Of a DNA stretch of 64,000 nt, positions 35,974 through 45,982 are shown piece after piece. Where the stretch lies: the NCBI GenBank assembly GCA_002504905.1, contig DATY01000013.1, positions 76,688 through 140,687 on the forward strand, in the 5' to 3' direction. The stretch comes from Euryarchaeota archaeon UBA605. Its GTDB lineage: Archaea > Thermoplasmatota > Poseidoniia > Poseidoniales > Thalassarchaeaceae. The first letter of the stretch is position 1. Every line of letters starts with the position of its first letter. The position numbers and the translations under genes are program-made. The notes below the pieces were generated by a model that saw only the letters and a program-made list of their open reading frames with translations, made no database searches and was not told where the DNA came from.

Positions 35974-38076
35974 ATGGAAAGGGCGGTCGTCGCAATTTTA
36001 CTCGTATTATTACTCCTGACGCCTTTAACTGGAAGTATTGCTGAAGGTGATGTTTATACTGACGATTCAAATGATTTCCAAATTTTTAGTTATGGTCAAA
36101 CAACTGAAATTCCACATCAAGAAATGATTCCTTGGGATAATTCAATACCATGGTGGGAAACTACTATGCTTGATTCGGATCGGAATGGAGTTCATGATTC
36201 ACTAATTAACGAAACTGGAATAGTAAATCTTGGTTTATCGTATTCTAGAGATGTAACTAGATTAGACATAGAATCGCTTTCATTATTGGGTATAAATGTC
36301 AATTTAGAGTTACCATCTGTTGATGCATTATTAATCGGAGGAGTCTCTGTAGAGAAAATAGAAGAAATTTCTAAACTCGATGGTATCGTAATGATCGAAA
36401 GATATGGCTCAGTTGTATTTTATGGAGATATACAAACTCCTTCCGTTAAAGCAAAGAATTCTTCTGAATATTCTCTAGGGGCATGGGATTTAGGTGTGAG
36501 CGGGAATGGTATGAATATTGCTCTAGTAGATACAGGTGTTGATAATGAACATCCTGGACTTAGTGATAAATTTATAGCTGGTTATGATGCAGTTTGTTAT
36601 GTTCACACAGATCCAACCTGTCTTCTTTCAAATCCACTAAGAGAAGATGATGGTTCTTTTGATCCGGATGATGCCAATCAGCATGGAACAGCATGTATGG
36701 GGATGGCCAGTGCAACAGGTATAGAGGCTGATGGTAGCCAATCGGAATTTTATGGGGCCGCACCTAATGCAACTCTGGTAGATATCAGAATAGGAACAGA
36801 TGTTGGTGCTGGGCCTTTCGAGAATTATCTTCTTGAACAGGAGTTTTATGAATCTGCGATGAATGGTCTGCAATGGGTAATTGATCATCATGACGATGCT
36901 TGGCCCGGTGTATCAGAGGAATATTATGGAATTGATATTATTTCTCTATCTTGGGGTATTACAAGCCATGAAAATGGTGGATCAGATGGTTCTGACATGC
37001 ATAGTCGTATTCTTGATGAAGCAATGAATGAAGGAATTATTGTTTCTGTAGCTGCAGGAAATGATGGTCCTAATAATGATGGACTTTCAGGAATGGGATC
37101 TTCGGATTTGTCGGTTACAGTGGGAGCCACTGATGACCAGAACACAGTAACACGTGAAGACGATACAATCGCAGGTTATTCTTCTCGTGGCCCTAGAAAA
37201 GATAATGGTGACGGCAATCCTCTAAATGAGTTGAAGCCAGAAATTAGTGCTCCAGGATCAAATATCATTCAAGCTGAAGGATGTGTTACGAGTGGCGGTT
37301 GTTCAAATTTATTCAATGATGCTTCCGATAATTCCTACACTGGTCGTGGTTCAGGTACTTCCTATGCTACTCCCGCTGTTTCAGGGGTAATGGCACTTGT
37401 ATGGGAGGCCAATGAAAATTTGTCTACAATGCAACTCAAAGAAATTTTGAAACACACTGCAGAAAGACGTGGCGAACCAAGTCTTCCTGAGGTAGACCCA
37501 TATTGGAATAGAGATTTTGGGTTTGGTATGGTTGACGCATATTCTGCAACATTGCTGGCAATACATATTAGAGAATCTGGAACCACAGAATTAATAGATC
37601 CAGGAATTCAGAATCATTTACTTTCATTCAATACCACTGAAAGTATCAAATTAGTAGGTCATTCATGGAGTTCATCTGGTTCAGTTGAATCAGTTAATTT
37701 CAGAGTAGATAATGGTGAATGGTTGATGGCTAATTTTAATTCATCAGTAGTTGAAGTAGGTCCAATAACTCCTTTTGAATGGTATGTTGAAATAGATCAG
37801 AATAAATTTTCTAAGGGTGTACATATATTAGAAGTGGTTGCTTTTTCTTCATCTCAACAGTCTCTTCCAGTAGTATTTCAATTTGAGAGTGAAGGTGAAA
37901 TTTCTTCTTCATATGATTTCTCAAGTATGATATATATCTTAATTGCAATTATTGTAATTATTTGGCTATCTATATTTTTATCAATTAAATTAGGTTATTT
38001 AGAAAGATTTTCTGATTTTCCATACTTTTCTTCATCTAAAAGTAACCTTCCTATTGATGCTGAAATTATAGAATAA
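35974..38076 (+). CDS. S8 (subtilisin-family) serine protease, signal peptide and C-terminal TM anchor
   Basis: Catalytic VDTG, HGT and GTSYATP motifs, AAGNDG oxyanion motif, C-terminal hydrophobic helix. Confidence 0.93.
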   Translation: MERAVVAILLVLLLLTPLTGSIAEGDVYTDDSNDFQIFSYGQTTEIPHQEMIPWDNSIPWWETTMLDSDRNGVHDSLINETGIVNLGLSYSRDVTRLDIESLSLLGINVNLELPSVDALLIGGVSVEKIEEISKLDGIVMIERYGSVVFYGDIQTPSVKAKNSSEYSLGAWDLGVSGNGMNIALVDTGVDNEHPGLSDKFIAGYDAVCYVHTDPTCLLSNPLREDDGSFDPDDANQHGTACMGMASATGIEADGSQSEFYGAAPNATLVDIRIGTDVGAGPFENYLLEQEFYESAMNGLQWVIDHHDDAWPGVSEEYYGIDIISLSWGITSHENGGSDGSDMHSRILDEAMNEGIIVSVAAGNDGPNNDGLSGMGSSDLSVTVGATDDQNTVTREDDTIAGYSSRGPRKDNGDGNPLNELKPEISAPGSNIIQAEGCVTSGGCSNLFNDASDNSYTGRGSGTSYATPAVSGVMALVWEANENLSTMQLKEILKHTAERRGEPSLPEVDPYWNRDFGFGMVDAYSATLLAIHIRESGTTELIDPGIQNHLLSFNTTESIKLVGHSWSSSGSVESVNFRVDNGEWLMANFNSSVVEVGPITPFEWYVEIDQNKFSKGVHILEVVAFSSSQQSLPVVFQFESEGEISSSYDFSSMIYILIAIIVIIWLSIFLSIKLGYLERFSDFPYFSSSKSNLPIDAEIIE

Positions 38077-38128
38077 TGGAAGTCTACAATACACTCCTTT
38101 CATATCTCGGTGCATATGTCCGCAGGTC

Positions 38129-39271
38129 ATGGTGCGCTTCTCAGATAGAGCAAATAGTATCCGTCCGACAGGTGTTAGGAGAATGTTTGATCTTGCTGGG
38201 GATGATGCTATTCAGTTTGGTTTAGGCGAGCCAGACTTCCAACCTCCACCATTAGCAATTAAGGCATTTTCGAAGGCTATGGAAGATGGTAGGAATAAAT
38301 ATACTACTACGGCGGGGCTCCCTGAATTGAGGAAAAAAATAGCTGAAACTTGGCATCATAGAGATTCTAATTTAGATGAAAGTAACGTATGTATTACCAT
38401 GAGTGGAACAAATGCATTACTAGATATTTTCCTTGCATTAGTTAATCCCGGAGATAATGTACTAATTCCAGAGCCATATTTTCCATTATATCCTACAGAT
38501 GTAGTTCTATGCGGTGGAGAGGCAAATATGTATCCTTGTCATTTTGAGAATGGTTTTGTGCCCACAATTGAAGATCTAGAATCTAGAATTAACGAGAATA
38601 CTATTGCAATCCTTTACAATTTTCCCAGTAATCCAACAGGAGGAAACGTCACAGAAGAACAAAGAGATAAACTTGTTAAGTTTGCTCAAGAGAACGATTT
38701 ATGGCTAATTACAGATGAAGTCTATGATAAGATAATTTATGATTCTGAACATGTATCATTCCTGGGTGCCGGCTATGAAAAAGTAATAATGATTAATTCT
38801 TTTTCTAAGACCTTTGCAATGACCGGTTGGAGAATTGGTTATTTGCTATCTCCTGATTTAGAGGCTATGGGCCAGTTGACGAAAATGCAGTATTATGTTA
38901 CTGCGTGCAGTAATGATGCAATGCAATATGCGGTTTTAGAAGCTTTAGAAAAAGCTAGTGACTATCCTGCTGAGATGTGTGCAGAGTTCAAGAAAAGGAG
39001 AGATCTTATCTGTAGTAGATTGAATTCAATGCCGAATGTTTCTTGCAATATTCCAACAGGCGCATTTTATGTATTTCCAAAATTTGATATTCCTGGATAT
39101 AATAGTGAAGAGTTGGCAATGAAAATGCTAGAAGGAGGAGTTTTATGCTCCCCAGGTACTGCTTTCGGACAGGCGGGAGAAGGACATCTTAGATTTGCCT
39201 ACACCATATGTCAAGAAGATATTTCTAGAGGAATGGATAGAGTAGAAGAAATAATTTTAAAATTAATTTAG
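38129..39271 (+). CDS. Class I/II PLP aminotransferase (aspartate aminotransferase-like)
   Basis: GEPDF, NFPSNPTG, TDEVYD and SFSKTFAMTGWRIG motifs. Confidence 0.92.
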   Translation: MVRFSDRANSIRPTGVRRMFDLAGDDAIQFGLGEPDFQPPPLAIKAFSKAMEDGRNKYTTTAGLPELRKKIAETWHHRDSNLDESNVCITMSGTNALLDIFLALVNPGDNVLIPEPYFPLYPTDVVLCGGEANMYPCHFENGFVPTIEDLESRINENTIAILYNFPSNPTGGNVTEEQRDKLVKFAQENDLWLITDEVYDKIIYDSEHVSFLGAGYEKVIMINSFSKTFAMTGWRIGYLLSPDLEAMGQLTKMQYYVTACSNDAMQYAVLEALEKASDYPAEMCAEFKKRRDLICSRLNSMPNVSCNIPTGAFYVFPKFDIPGYNSEELAMKMLEGGVLCSPGTAFGQAGEGHLRFAYTICQEDISRGMDRVEEIILKLI

Positions 39272-39280
39272 GAGTTAAAT

Positions 39281-39496
39281 ATGAGTATTTTTCTTTCATA
39301 TGGCTTAGGAATAGTAACTCTAGTCCTGTCTTGGTTTTTACTCAAAGACTTACTCCTTGCTAGTATAGTGGTTTTTACCTCATCCTCAATATTTTTGTAT
39401 TTTCAAGGACCTAATGCTATTGCTTTCTCTCTTTGTTTATCAAATGGATGGATAATCCTCAATACAATAATTGACAAATTATTTCCTGTTAATTAA
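39281..39496 (+). CDS. Small membrane protein
   Basis: 71 aa, hydrophobic, AGGAG RBS upstream, follows the aminotransferase. Confidence 0.55.
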   Translation: MSIFLSYGLGIVTLVLSWFLLKDLLLASIVVFTSSSIFLYFQGPNAIAFSLCLSNGWIILNTIIDKLFPVN

Positions 39497-40602
39497 TCAA
39501 ATAAATTGAATGGAATATCTATCATTCTTCCTTCTTCGTCATCTTTTTCATCACTAGGATTAATGTGATCTTCTATTCCTCTTTCCTCATTTTTTCCTTC
39601 AAATTGTATGCCGACTTCTTGTTTTAATTTGGGGATAGGAAGGCTCTGCTGAGAGAGATTCTCTAAATCATCTTCTTTATTTTTCATCCAGGGGGAAAGT
39701 CCATTTGACCCCCCTAAAACACTAATTGTAGTGAATGCTGCCATAGGTAAAACAGAAATCGCAACTAAAAAATCAATAATTGCAGTATCTGGAACCTGTG
39801 CTTCTGGAGCAACAAAATTTAAGATTACTCCTTCCAATTGAACATCATGCCATTGTGATATATCAATTCCTAAAGAAGTTAATGAAAACTGTAGAATGGC
39901 CCTGGCACAAGCCCATAATATGATTACAGGAAGAATCCAAGAGATTTTTGTGATTCTCCATAGTATTTTTCTAAACATTGCAGCAAATCCTACAAATTGG
40001 GATGAAATGACTGGTTGTACTCTAAATGAAACCCACAAACCAATAATATAGCCGAGCATTCCGAGTTCGAATGCACTATCCTTTCTAATCAGATCTTCCG
40101 GAATACCTTCCATTATTATTAATGGTATTGAAATTAATAGAACCTGTGAAGGCACAGCAAGTAATTGCAATCCTCCATGTACCGCAAACAATTCTGACTG
40201 ATCACTTTTTATTCTGTTGGCAACTAATCTGCTCATTTTTCCATAAGGACTCGAATAAGCAGCCATTTTGGCTCTATCAATAAGTTCTGGATCATATTTT
40301 CTTCTACTCAGTCCCAAAGTGGCTATCCAACCTCCTCTTTCAACTACTGATGAGGGTCGAAAACCTCCAATGATTAGTGCTAATGCAAGGCAGATAATTC
40401 CATATGTTAATCCCGAAACTAAAATCCAGTAGAAGAGTTCTGCTCTTATCGAAATACCAAAGTTCTCTCTATCTATGTCTATTAGATAAGTAAGTGAGAA
40501 ACCTATTATTGGAATTATTGTAATTTGGATAAGCAAAATAAGTGCTAATCCTAATCTATGAGAAAGACTAGCCCTACCCTCCATATTCTTCACGCAACTC
40601 AA
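39493..40602 (-). CDS. Hypothetical polytopic membrane protein
   Basis: 369-aa ORF, about 6 TM helices, acidic C-terminal tail. Confidence 0.65.
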   Translation of the reverse strand: MSCVKNMEGRASLSHRLGLALILLIQITIIPIIGFSLTYLIDIDRENFGISIRAELFYWILVSGLTYGIICLALALIIGGFRPSSVVERGGWIATLGLSRRKYDPELIDRAKMAAYSSPYGKMSRLVANRIKSDQSELFAVHGGLQLLAVPSQVLLISIPLIIMEGIPEDLIRKDSAFELGMLGYIIGLWVSFRVQPVISSQFVGFAAMFRKILWRITKISWILPVIILWACARAILQFSLTSLGIDISQWHDVQLEGVILNFVAPEAQVPDTAIIDFLVAISVLPMAAFTTISVLGGSNGLSPWMKNKEDDLENLSQQSLPIPKLKQEVGIQFEGKNEERGIEDHINPSDEKDDEEGRMIDIPFNLFD

Positions 40603-40752
40603 TTAATCCATAAGTCCTTCATTGTAATTAATCAATAAGTATGGTTTTAGTTGGTATTTTTTATTTTTCATCACTCCCCCCTATCTAATTAATCACGAAC
40701 TTTTACCCCCAACATTCTTACACGATTTCTATACCGAATAGACTTGTTAATC

Positions 40753-43700
40753 ATGCGTATGCTAACTCCTGTCTTCGTATTGTCAATTTTGATTATGATG
40801 AGTTTATCTCCGATGTTTGTCGGTTCTGAATTACAGGATAATGAAAATAGAGATGATATAGGGCCTAAATCCTTGATTGATTTTGAGATTTCATCAATAG
40901 AAATTGGAAATCAAACAAGGGATGCTATGGAGTGGACTCAACCAGATGGCTCCATTATTGAATACATTATGAGGGATGAAACAATCCAAATTAATGTAAC
41001 ATATACTCAAGCAGGCTCATCCGGTCAACCAGCAGCGGCAGAAGGCTATCTTCAGATTTGGCATCCTGTAGGTTTTATGATAGCTGAATATAACGTTAGT
41101 ATGCTTCTTTCGGGTTTCCAATCTTTGAAAGCAACTTTTGTCTGGACGCCGAGTTCAGCTCACAGTGCTTTGGATGAGAATGGATATCTAGTTGGTGGAA
41201 TTATTCTAAGAGGCATAGTTGATGGAGGATTAGCCGATGATACAGAATCAAATAATGAAATGGATCGTTATATCCCAGTTGCAATGTGGAACGATCCTAT
41301 GGAAAATGGTTTTTGTGGTGATGTTGATGGAGATAATGTAATTGATTGTACAAATCAACTACAAGCAAATGTACCTACTTGGGTAGGTGCTGGATACGAT
41401 TCATCTGGACAATTATCATCAGACCCTGATAGTTTTGGCCACTGGAGAATGGAAAATTCATCTAGTGAAGAAGGAGAGAATCATTGGAGAGTTTCCCGTC
41501 CTGGGGCTAATTATGCCAGCAATCGACATGATAGACTCTGGTGGGGCTGGTTTACTCCTTTTGATAATTGTAATGAACCCGGACATGGACTTGGACTTGG
41601 AACTCTAGATTCTGCGGTCAGTTCAAACTATGGGAATAATTTCTGTAAGATTCGACTCAAAGGTTTCGATTTCTTAACAATCCAATTGGTGACAAATGCA
41701 TGGGGTGAGATGGCAGCAGGTGATGAAATGAGAATTGAAGCCGACTCAGGAGGTGTTAAAGAATTCTACAATTTTTCTTCCCAGTCACTTTCAACTACTG
41801 GTGAATGGACCCAATTAGTTTGGAATATGACTGAAGTCCACTCCTCTGCCGAGTATACTTTAGCTTTCAAATTTGATTCTAATAGCTCATTCTCAAGTCA
41901 GGGGATACAAATAGATTCATTCAAAATTTTTGCTATTGAGAAAGTACCTCAATATACTCTAGATTTTGATTGTGATGATCCTCTTCCAAATTCTTACTTA
42001 GTAGTTCCATCTGATCCGAATCCTCCTTCATTATATTGCAATATCAAGAATAATGGATATGTGGATATTACATTGAGACTTTATACAGAAGTAACTAATC
42101 GTTCATGGATGTATGATTTCCCATTGAGAATTGATTCCAATAACCCTGTAGATCATGATAATTATGTAATTACTAAAGTCATTCCTGCTCTCAGTTACAT
42201 GGATACTTGGTTCAATCTTACAATTCCTGACGCTTCTGGAGTACAAGATTTGTATTGGGATGTTTGGGTAAATGATGGAGTTACTAACCTCACTAAAGAG
42301 TATGTCAGTTTACCGGTTTCGGTAATGCCTGCCTATTCAAGTAAATTAAGGCAGGTCACGCTACAGAATCCTGCGGCAACTCTTGAGCCAGGAGCAAGTG
42401 GGGCAATTCCTATGTCTTTCAAAAATACAGGTAATCAAATAGCAACATGGAGTTTTGATGCAGCATGGCCTAATATCGACTGGGTAGATAATGCAGACAT
42501 TAAATGGTATTACAATGGTTCACAGGTTTCTACTTTAGAACTAGCCTTAACTGATGATGTATTAATTGATGCAGTAATCACAGCACCGCCTCAAGTTTCT
42601 CCTGGAACGTATTCAGTTACATTACTTGCGTCGGGTGTCTCTCCGGCTCAATATCTTGCTGAATGGCAAGTGAATATTGTTGTTCCAGTTTACTCTGATT
42701 TAGTTATAGAGCCAGAAGTTTTCAATTTGGTAGCCCCCGCAGATAATTCTCTGAGGTTAATAGAAATTAGGTTAGTTAATAATGGAAATTCACCTGAATC
42801 ATTCGATTTAAGTATTCAAGCCGACTGGAAATTAGGATTGGAAATGAATACTGAACAGACGTTTGAAATAGATCCATTCGGAGGAGATACTACTGTAACT
42901 ATGCTTCTTCCAATGCCATACGGTATTGTAGCTGAAACTTATTCAATAATATTGACTGCGTCTAGTAAATTAAACTCTGAATATCAAATGTCATCTCAAA
43001 TGTTATTGACTGTTCCGGAAACAAATTTAGTTGAAGTTGAAGATCTAAATATGTTAGATGAGGTTTTCCGCGGTGGTGACGACCCTAGAACTGTCAATTG
43101 GCGCATATGGAATAGAGGAAATGTTGCAGATTCTTTTGAAATATCCTTTGATCATTTTTCCGATGTTTCAGCTTCAGCAGTAGGTCTAAATGATGGCAAG
43201 ACACCATATATTAATCCTGGAGAGTCTCATAACTTAACTGTAAGATATTCATTTAGCTCATTGACTTTCGGCGATAGAACAATTTCAATGACCGCAACTA
43301 GCGTTCTCTCTCAGAATTCTGAATCTTTAGTTTCTGGCACAGGTAATGCTGATTTTCAGGTAGGTGCTCAAGGTTGGATTACTTTGACTCCTCCAGCGAT
43401 TGTTGAGATTAGAGAGGGTGGCAATGATGTTGAGATTACTTTTACTGTCAAGAACGAGCATCCTACAGACGCTCAGTTACTAAGAGCAGACATCGATAGA
43501 AATTCTAATATTTTCTATAATATTGTCGACGCTAGAGTTGATACCGGAGATCAAAACTTTGTTTTGGAAGCCCAATCTATGAGAGAAATTACAGTCTATC
43601 TAACAGCAACTGATGAAAATCTGAGGAATTTAAATAATAATTCTGAGATATTCAAGTTACCTCTTAATGTCGATGGAGATATAGACAAAGTTTCAATGTC

Positions 43701-44184
43701 TGCTAGTATTCAAATGTTCAAAATCGATCCAGTCGATCCAGGGACTAATGCAGGAGAATATGCTGGAATAGCTGGTAATATTATATTCATATTAATCGGT
43801 TTAGTGATTTTAGTTGCTGTTTTATTAGCAACTTTCAGAATAATGCGAAGCGCCTCTTCGCCTTTAGAGGAAATATCAACTTTTGATGACTATGAGTATA
43901 CTCAAGGGAATAATTTCAACCCACCCTCTTTACCAACAGCCCCTGAATTACCTTCTGAGGACAAAGTTGCAAATTCAATGTATGGCGGTTCTGAAGAAAT
44001 ATTCAAACAACCTGCACCACCATTACCTCCTGTACAAAGTCCTGACGAAGAATTACCAGAGGAAGTAGAAAATAATCCACCCAGTGCGCCTGAGGTTCCT
44101 GAATCAGGGTTGCCAGACGGATGGACTATGGAACAATGGGTTCATTACGGTCAAGCATGGATTGATCAGCAGAATGAATCTTAA
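40753..44184 (+). CDS. Large membrane-anchored surface protein with Ig-like (CARDB/NEW3-like) repeats
   Basis: Signal peptide, repeated N.GN...F.L Ig-like modules, C-terminal TM, Pro-rich linker and GLPDGWTMEQWVHYG tail. Confidence 0.75.
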   Translation: MRMLTPVFVLSILIMMSLSPMFVGSELQDNENRDDIGPKSLIDFEISSIEIGNQTRDAMEWTQPDGSIIEYIMRDETIQINVTYTQAGSSGQPAAAEGYLQIWHPVGFMIAEYNVSMLLSGFQSLKATFVWTPSSAHSALDENGYLVGGIILRGIVDGGLADDTESNNEMDRYIPVAMWNDPMENGFCGDVDGDNVIDCTNQLQANVPTWVGAGYDSSGQLSSDPDSFGHWRMENSSSEEGENHWRVSRPGANYASNRHDRLWWGWFTPFDNCNEPGHGLGLGTLDSAVSSNYGNNFCKIRLKGFDFLTIQLVTNAWGEMAAGDEMRIEADSGGVKEFYNFSSQSLSTTGEWTQLVWNMTEVHSSAEYTLAFKFDSNSSFSSQGIQIDSFKIFAIEKVPQYTLDFDCDDPLPNSYLVVPSDPNPPSLYCNIKNNGYVDITLRLYTEVTNRSWMYDFPLRIDSNNPVDHDNYVITKVIPALSYMDTWFNLTIPDASGVQDLYWDVWVNDGVTNLTKEYVSLPVSVMPAYSSKLRQVTLQNPAATLEPGASGAIPMSFKNTGNQIATWSFDAAWPNIDWVDNADIKWYYNGSQVSTLELALTDDVLIDAVITAPPQVSPGTYSVTLLASGVSPAQYLAEWQVNIVVPVYSDLVIEPEVFNLVAPADNSLRLIEIRLVNNGNSPESFDLSIQADWKLGLEMNTEQTFEIDPFGGDTTVTMLLPMPYGIVAETYSIILTASSKLNSEYQMSSQMLLTVPETNLVEVEDLNMLDEVFRGGDDPRTVNWRIWNRGNVADSFEISFDHFSDVSASAVGLNDGKTPYINPGESHNLTVRYSFSSLTFGDRTISMTATSVLSQNSESLVSGTGNADFQVGAQGWITLTPPAIVEIREGGNDVEITFTVKNEHPTDAQLLRADIDRNSNIFYNIVDARVDTGDQNFVLEAQSMREITVYLTATDENLRNLNNNSEIFKLPLNVDGDIDKVSMSASIQMFKIDPVDPGTNAGEYAGIAGNIIFILIGLVILVAVLLATFRIMRSASSPLEEISTFDDYEYTQGNNFNPPSLPTAPELPSEDKVANSMYGGSEEIFKQPAPPLPPVQSPDEELPEEVENNPPSAPEVPESGLPDGWTMEQWVHYGQAWIDQQNES

Positions 44185-44273
44185 ATCATAGTTTTTTGAT
44201 TTCAACTTATTGTGGGAGGCCTTATGAGGGTCTCTTAAGTGGCCCGAATCCCAATACAGGTGGCTGATTTCTA

Positions 44274-45884
44274 ATGTACAATGGACAACAACCAATTTTT
44301 ATCCTAAAAGAAGGCACTGAAAGAACTAGTGGACGTTCTGCTCAGAGTAATAATATTGCAGCAGCTAAGGCAGTAGCAGATTCTGTCCGTTCTACTTTAG
44401 GTCCTAAAGGAATGGATAAAATGTTAGTTGACGGAATGGGAGATGTAGTAATAACAAATGATGGAGCTACAATATTAAAGCAAATGGATATAACCAATCC
44501 TGCTGCAAAGATGATAATTGAGGTTGCTAAAACACAAGAACAGCATTGTTTTGACGGTACTACAAGTGCTGTTGTAATCGCAGGAGAATTATTGAAAAGA
44601 AGTGAAGATTTAATAGATCAGAATGTACATCCTACAGTAATTTGTGAGGGTTTCCGTTTAGCCGCAGAAAAGGCTGCTGAGTTAATTGAAAGTCATTCAC
44701 TTGAGACAAACGAACAAATGTTATCAGAAGTTGCAAAAACTGCATTAACTGGTAAGAGTGCTGGAGCAGTGAAGGAATTTTTAGCGGATATCTGTGTTAA
44801 AGCAGTTCTATCTGTAGCACAGGAAGTAGATAATGAAACTATTGTAGATCTTGACGACGTTAAAGTTGAGAAGAAGCAAGGAGGCTCTATAGGTAGTAGT
44901 ACATTGGTTGATGGAATTATTCTCGATAAAGAGAGAGTCCACTCAGGTATGCCAAAAGTAGTTAATGATGCTAAAATAGCGTTAATAAATTCCGCTATAG
45001 AAGTCAAGAAAACAGAGGTAGATGCTAAAATCCAAATTACAGACCCAAATATGTTATCTCAATTTTTGGATGAAGAAGAATCATATCTTAAATCTTTAGT
45101 TGAAACCATTCAATCTTCTGGAGCTACTGTAGTAATTTGTCAAAAGGGAATTGATGACCTAGCTCAGCATTATATGTCAAAATCAGGTTTGATGGCTATT
45201 AGAAGGGCCAAGAAAAGTGATATGGAGGCACTTTCTAAAGCAACTGGTGGGAAGATAATTACCAATATTGATGATTTATCATCTGATGATTTAGGGTATG
45301 CATCTAAAGTCGATGAGCGCAAAATTGGTGAATCAGATATGATATTTATTACAGGATGTAAAGATGCAAAGAGTGTTTCAGTACTTCTAAGAGGCGGTAC
45401 TGAGCATGTCATTGATGAGATTAATCGTGCATTTGATGATGCCATTGGTGTCGTGGCTGTAGCCTATGAAGATGGTGCAGTATTAACAGGTGGAGGTTCC
45501 GTCTTAGCAGCAATTAGTAGATCATTAAGGTCATATGCAGAAGGAATTGGCGGTAGAGAGCAGATGGCCATAGAGGCTTTTTCAGGTGCTCTAGAAGTTA
45601 TTCCAAGGACATTGGCAGAAAATGCTGGTCTAGATCCTGTAAACACTATAATTGATCTTAGAAAAGCACATTCTGAAGGTAAATCTGAGTTTGGAGTTAA
45701 TGTTTACCAAGGTGGAGTAGCTAATATGGCTAAAAGTAAGGTATTCGAACCTAGCAGAGTAGTCGACCAGGCAATACAATCTGCTACTGAGACCGCAGTA
45801 ATGATTCTCAGAATTGACGACGTAATTTCCAGTAAAGCATCAGGCGCAATGGAAGGCGGAGATTTTGACGGTATGGGGATGTAA
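44274..45884 (+). CDS. thsA: Thermosome (group II chaperonin) subunit
   Basis: [35 protein letters not shown] and ILRIDDVI motifs. Confidence 0.96.
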   Translation: MYNGQQPIFILKEGTERTSGRSAQSNNIAAAKAVADSVRSTLGPKGMDKMLVDGMGDVVITNDGATILKQMDITNPAAKMIIEVAKTQEQHCFDGTTSAVVIAGELLKRSEDLIDQNVHPTVICEGFRLAAEKAAELIESHSLETNEQMLSEVAKTALTGKSAGAVKEFLADICVKAVLSVAQEVDNETIVDLDDVKVEKKQGGSIGSSTLVDGIILDKERVHSGMPKVVNDAKIALINSAIEVKKTEVDAKIQITDPNMLSQFLDEEESYLKSLVETIQSSGATVVICQKGIDDLAQHYMSKSGLMAIRRAKKSDMEALSKATGGKIITNIDDLSSDDLGYASKVDERKIGESDMIFITGCKDAKSVSVLLRGGTEHVIDEINRAFDDAIGVVAVAYEDGAVLTGGGSVLAAISRSLRSYAEGIGGREQMAIEAFSGALEVIPRTLAENAGLDPVNTIIDLRKAHSEGKSEFGVNVYQGGVANMAKSKVFEPSRVVDQAIQSATETAVMILRIDDVISSKASGAMEGGDFDGMGM

Positions 45885-45982
45885 GTCATACTATTCATTG
45901 ACTTAATTTCATCACTTCAACACGCTACATTCAATAATCGCCGATTGCTCGAAGTATTGCCCTTAGTGGTATAGGTGATTCT

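Noticed and set aside
44216-44236. Short hairpin upstream of the thermosome gene as a heat-shock operator
   Set aside because: Weak 6-bp stem that does not match an operator I can recognise.
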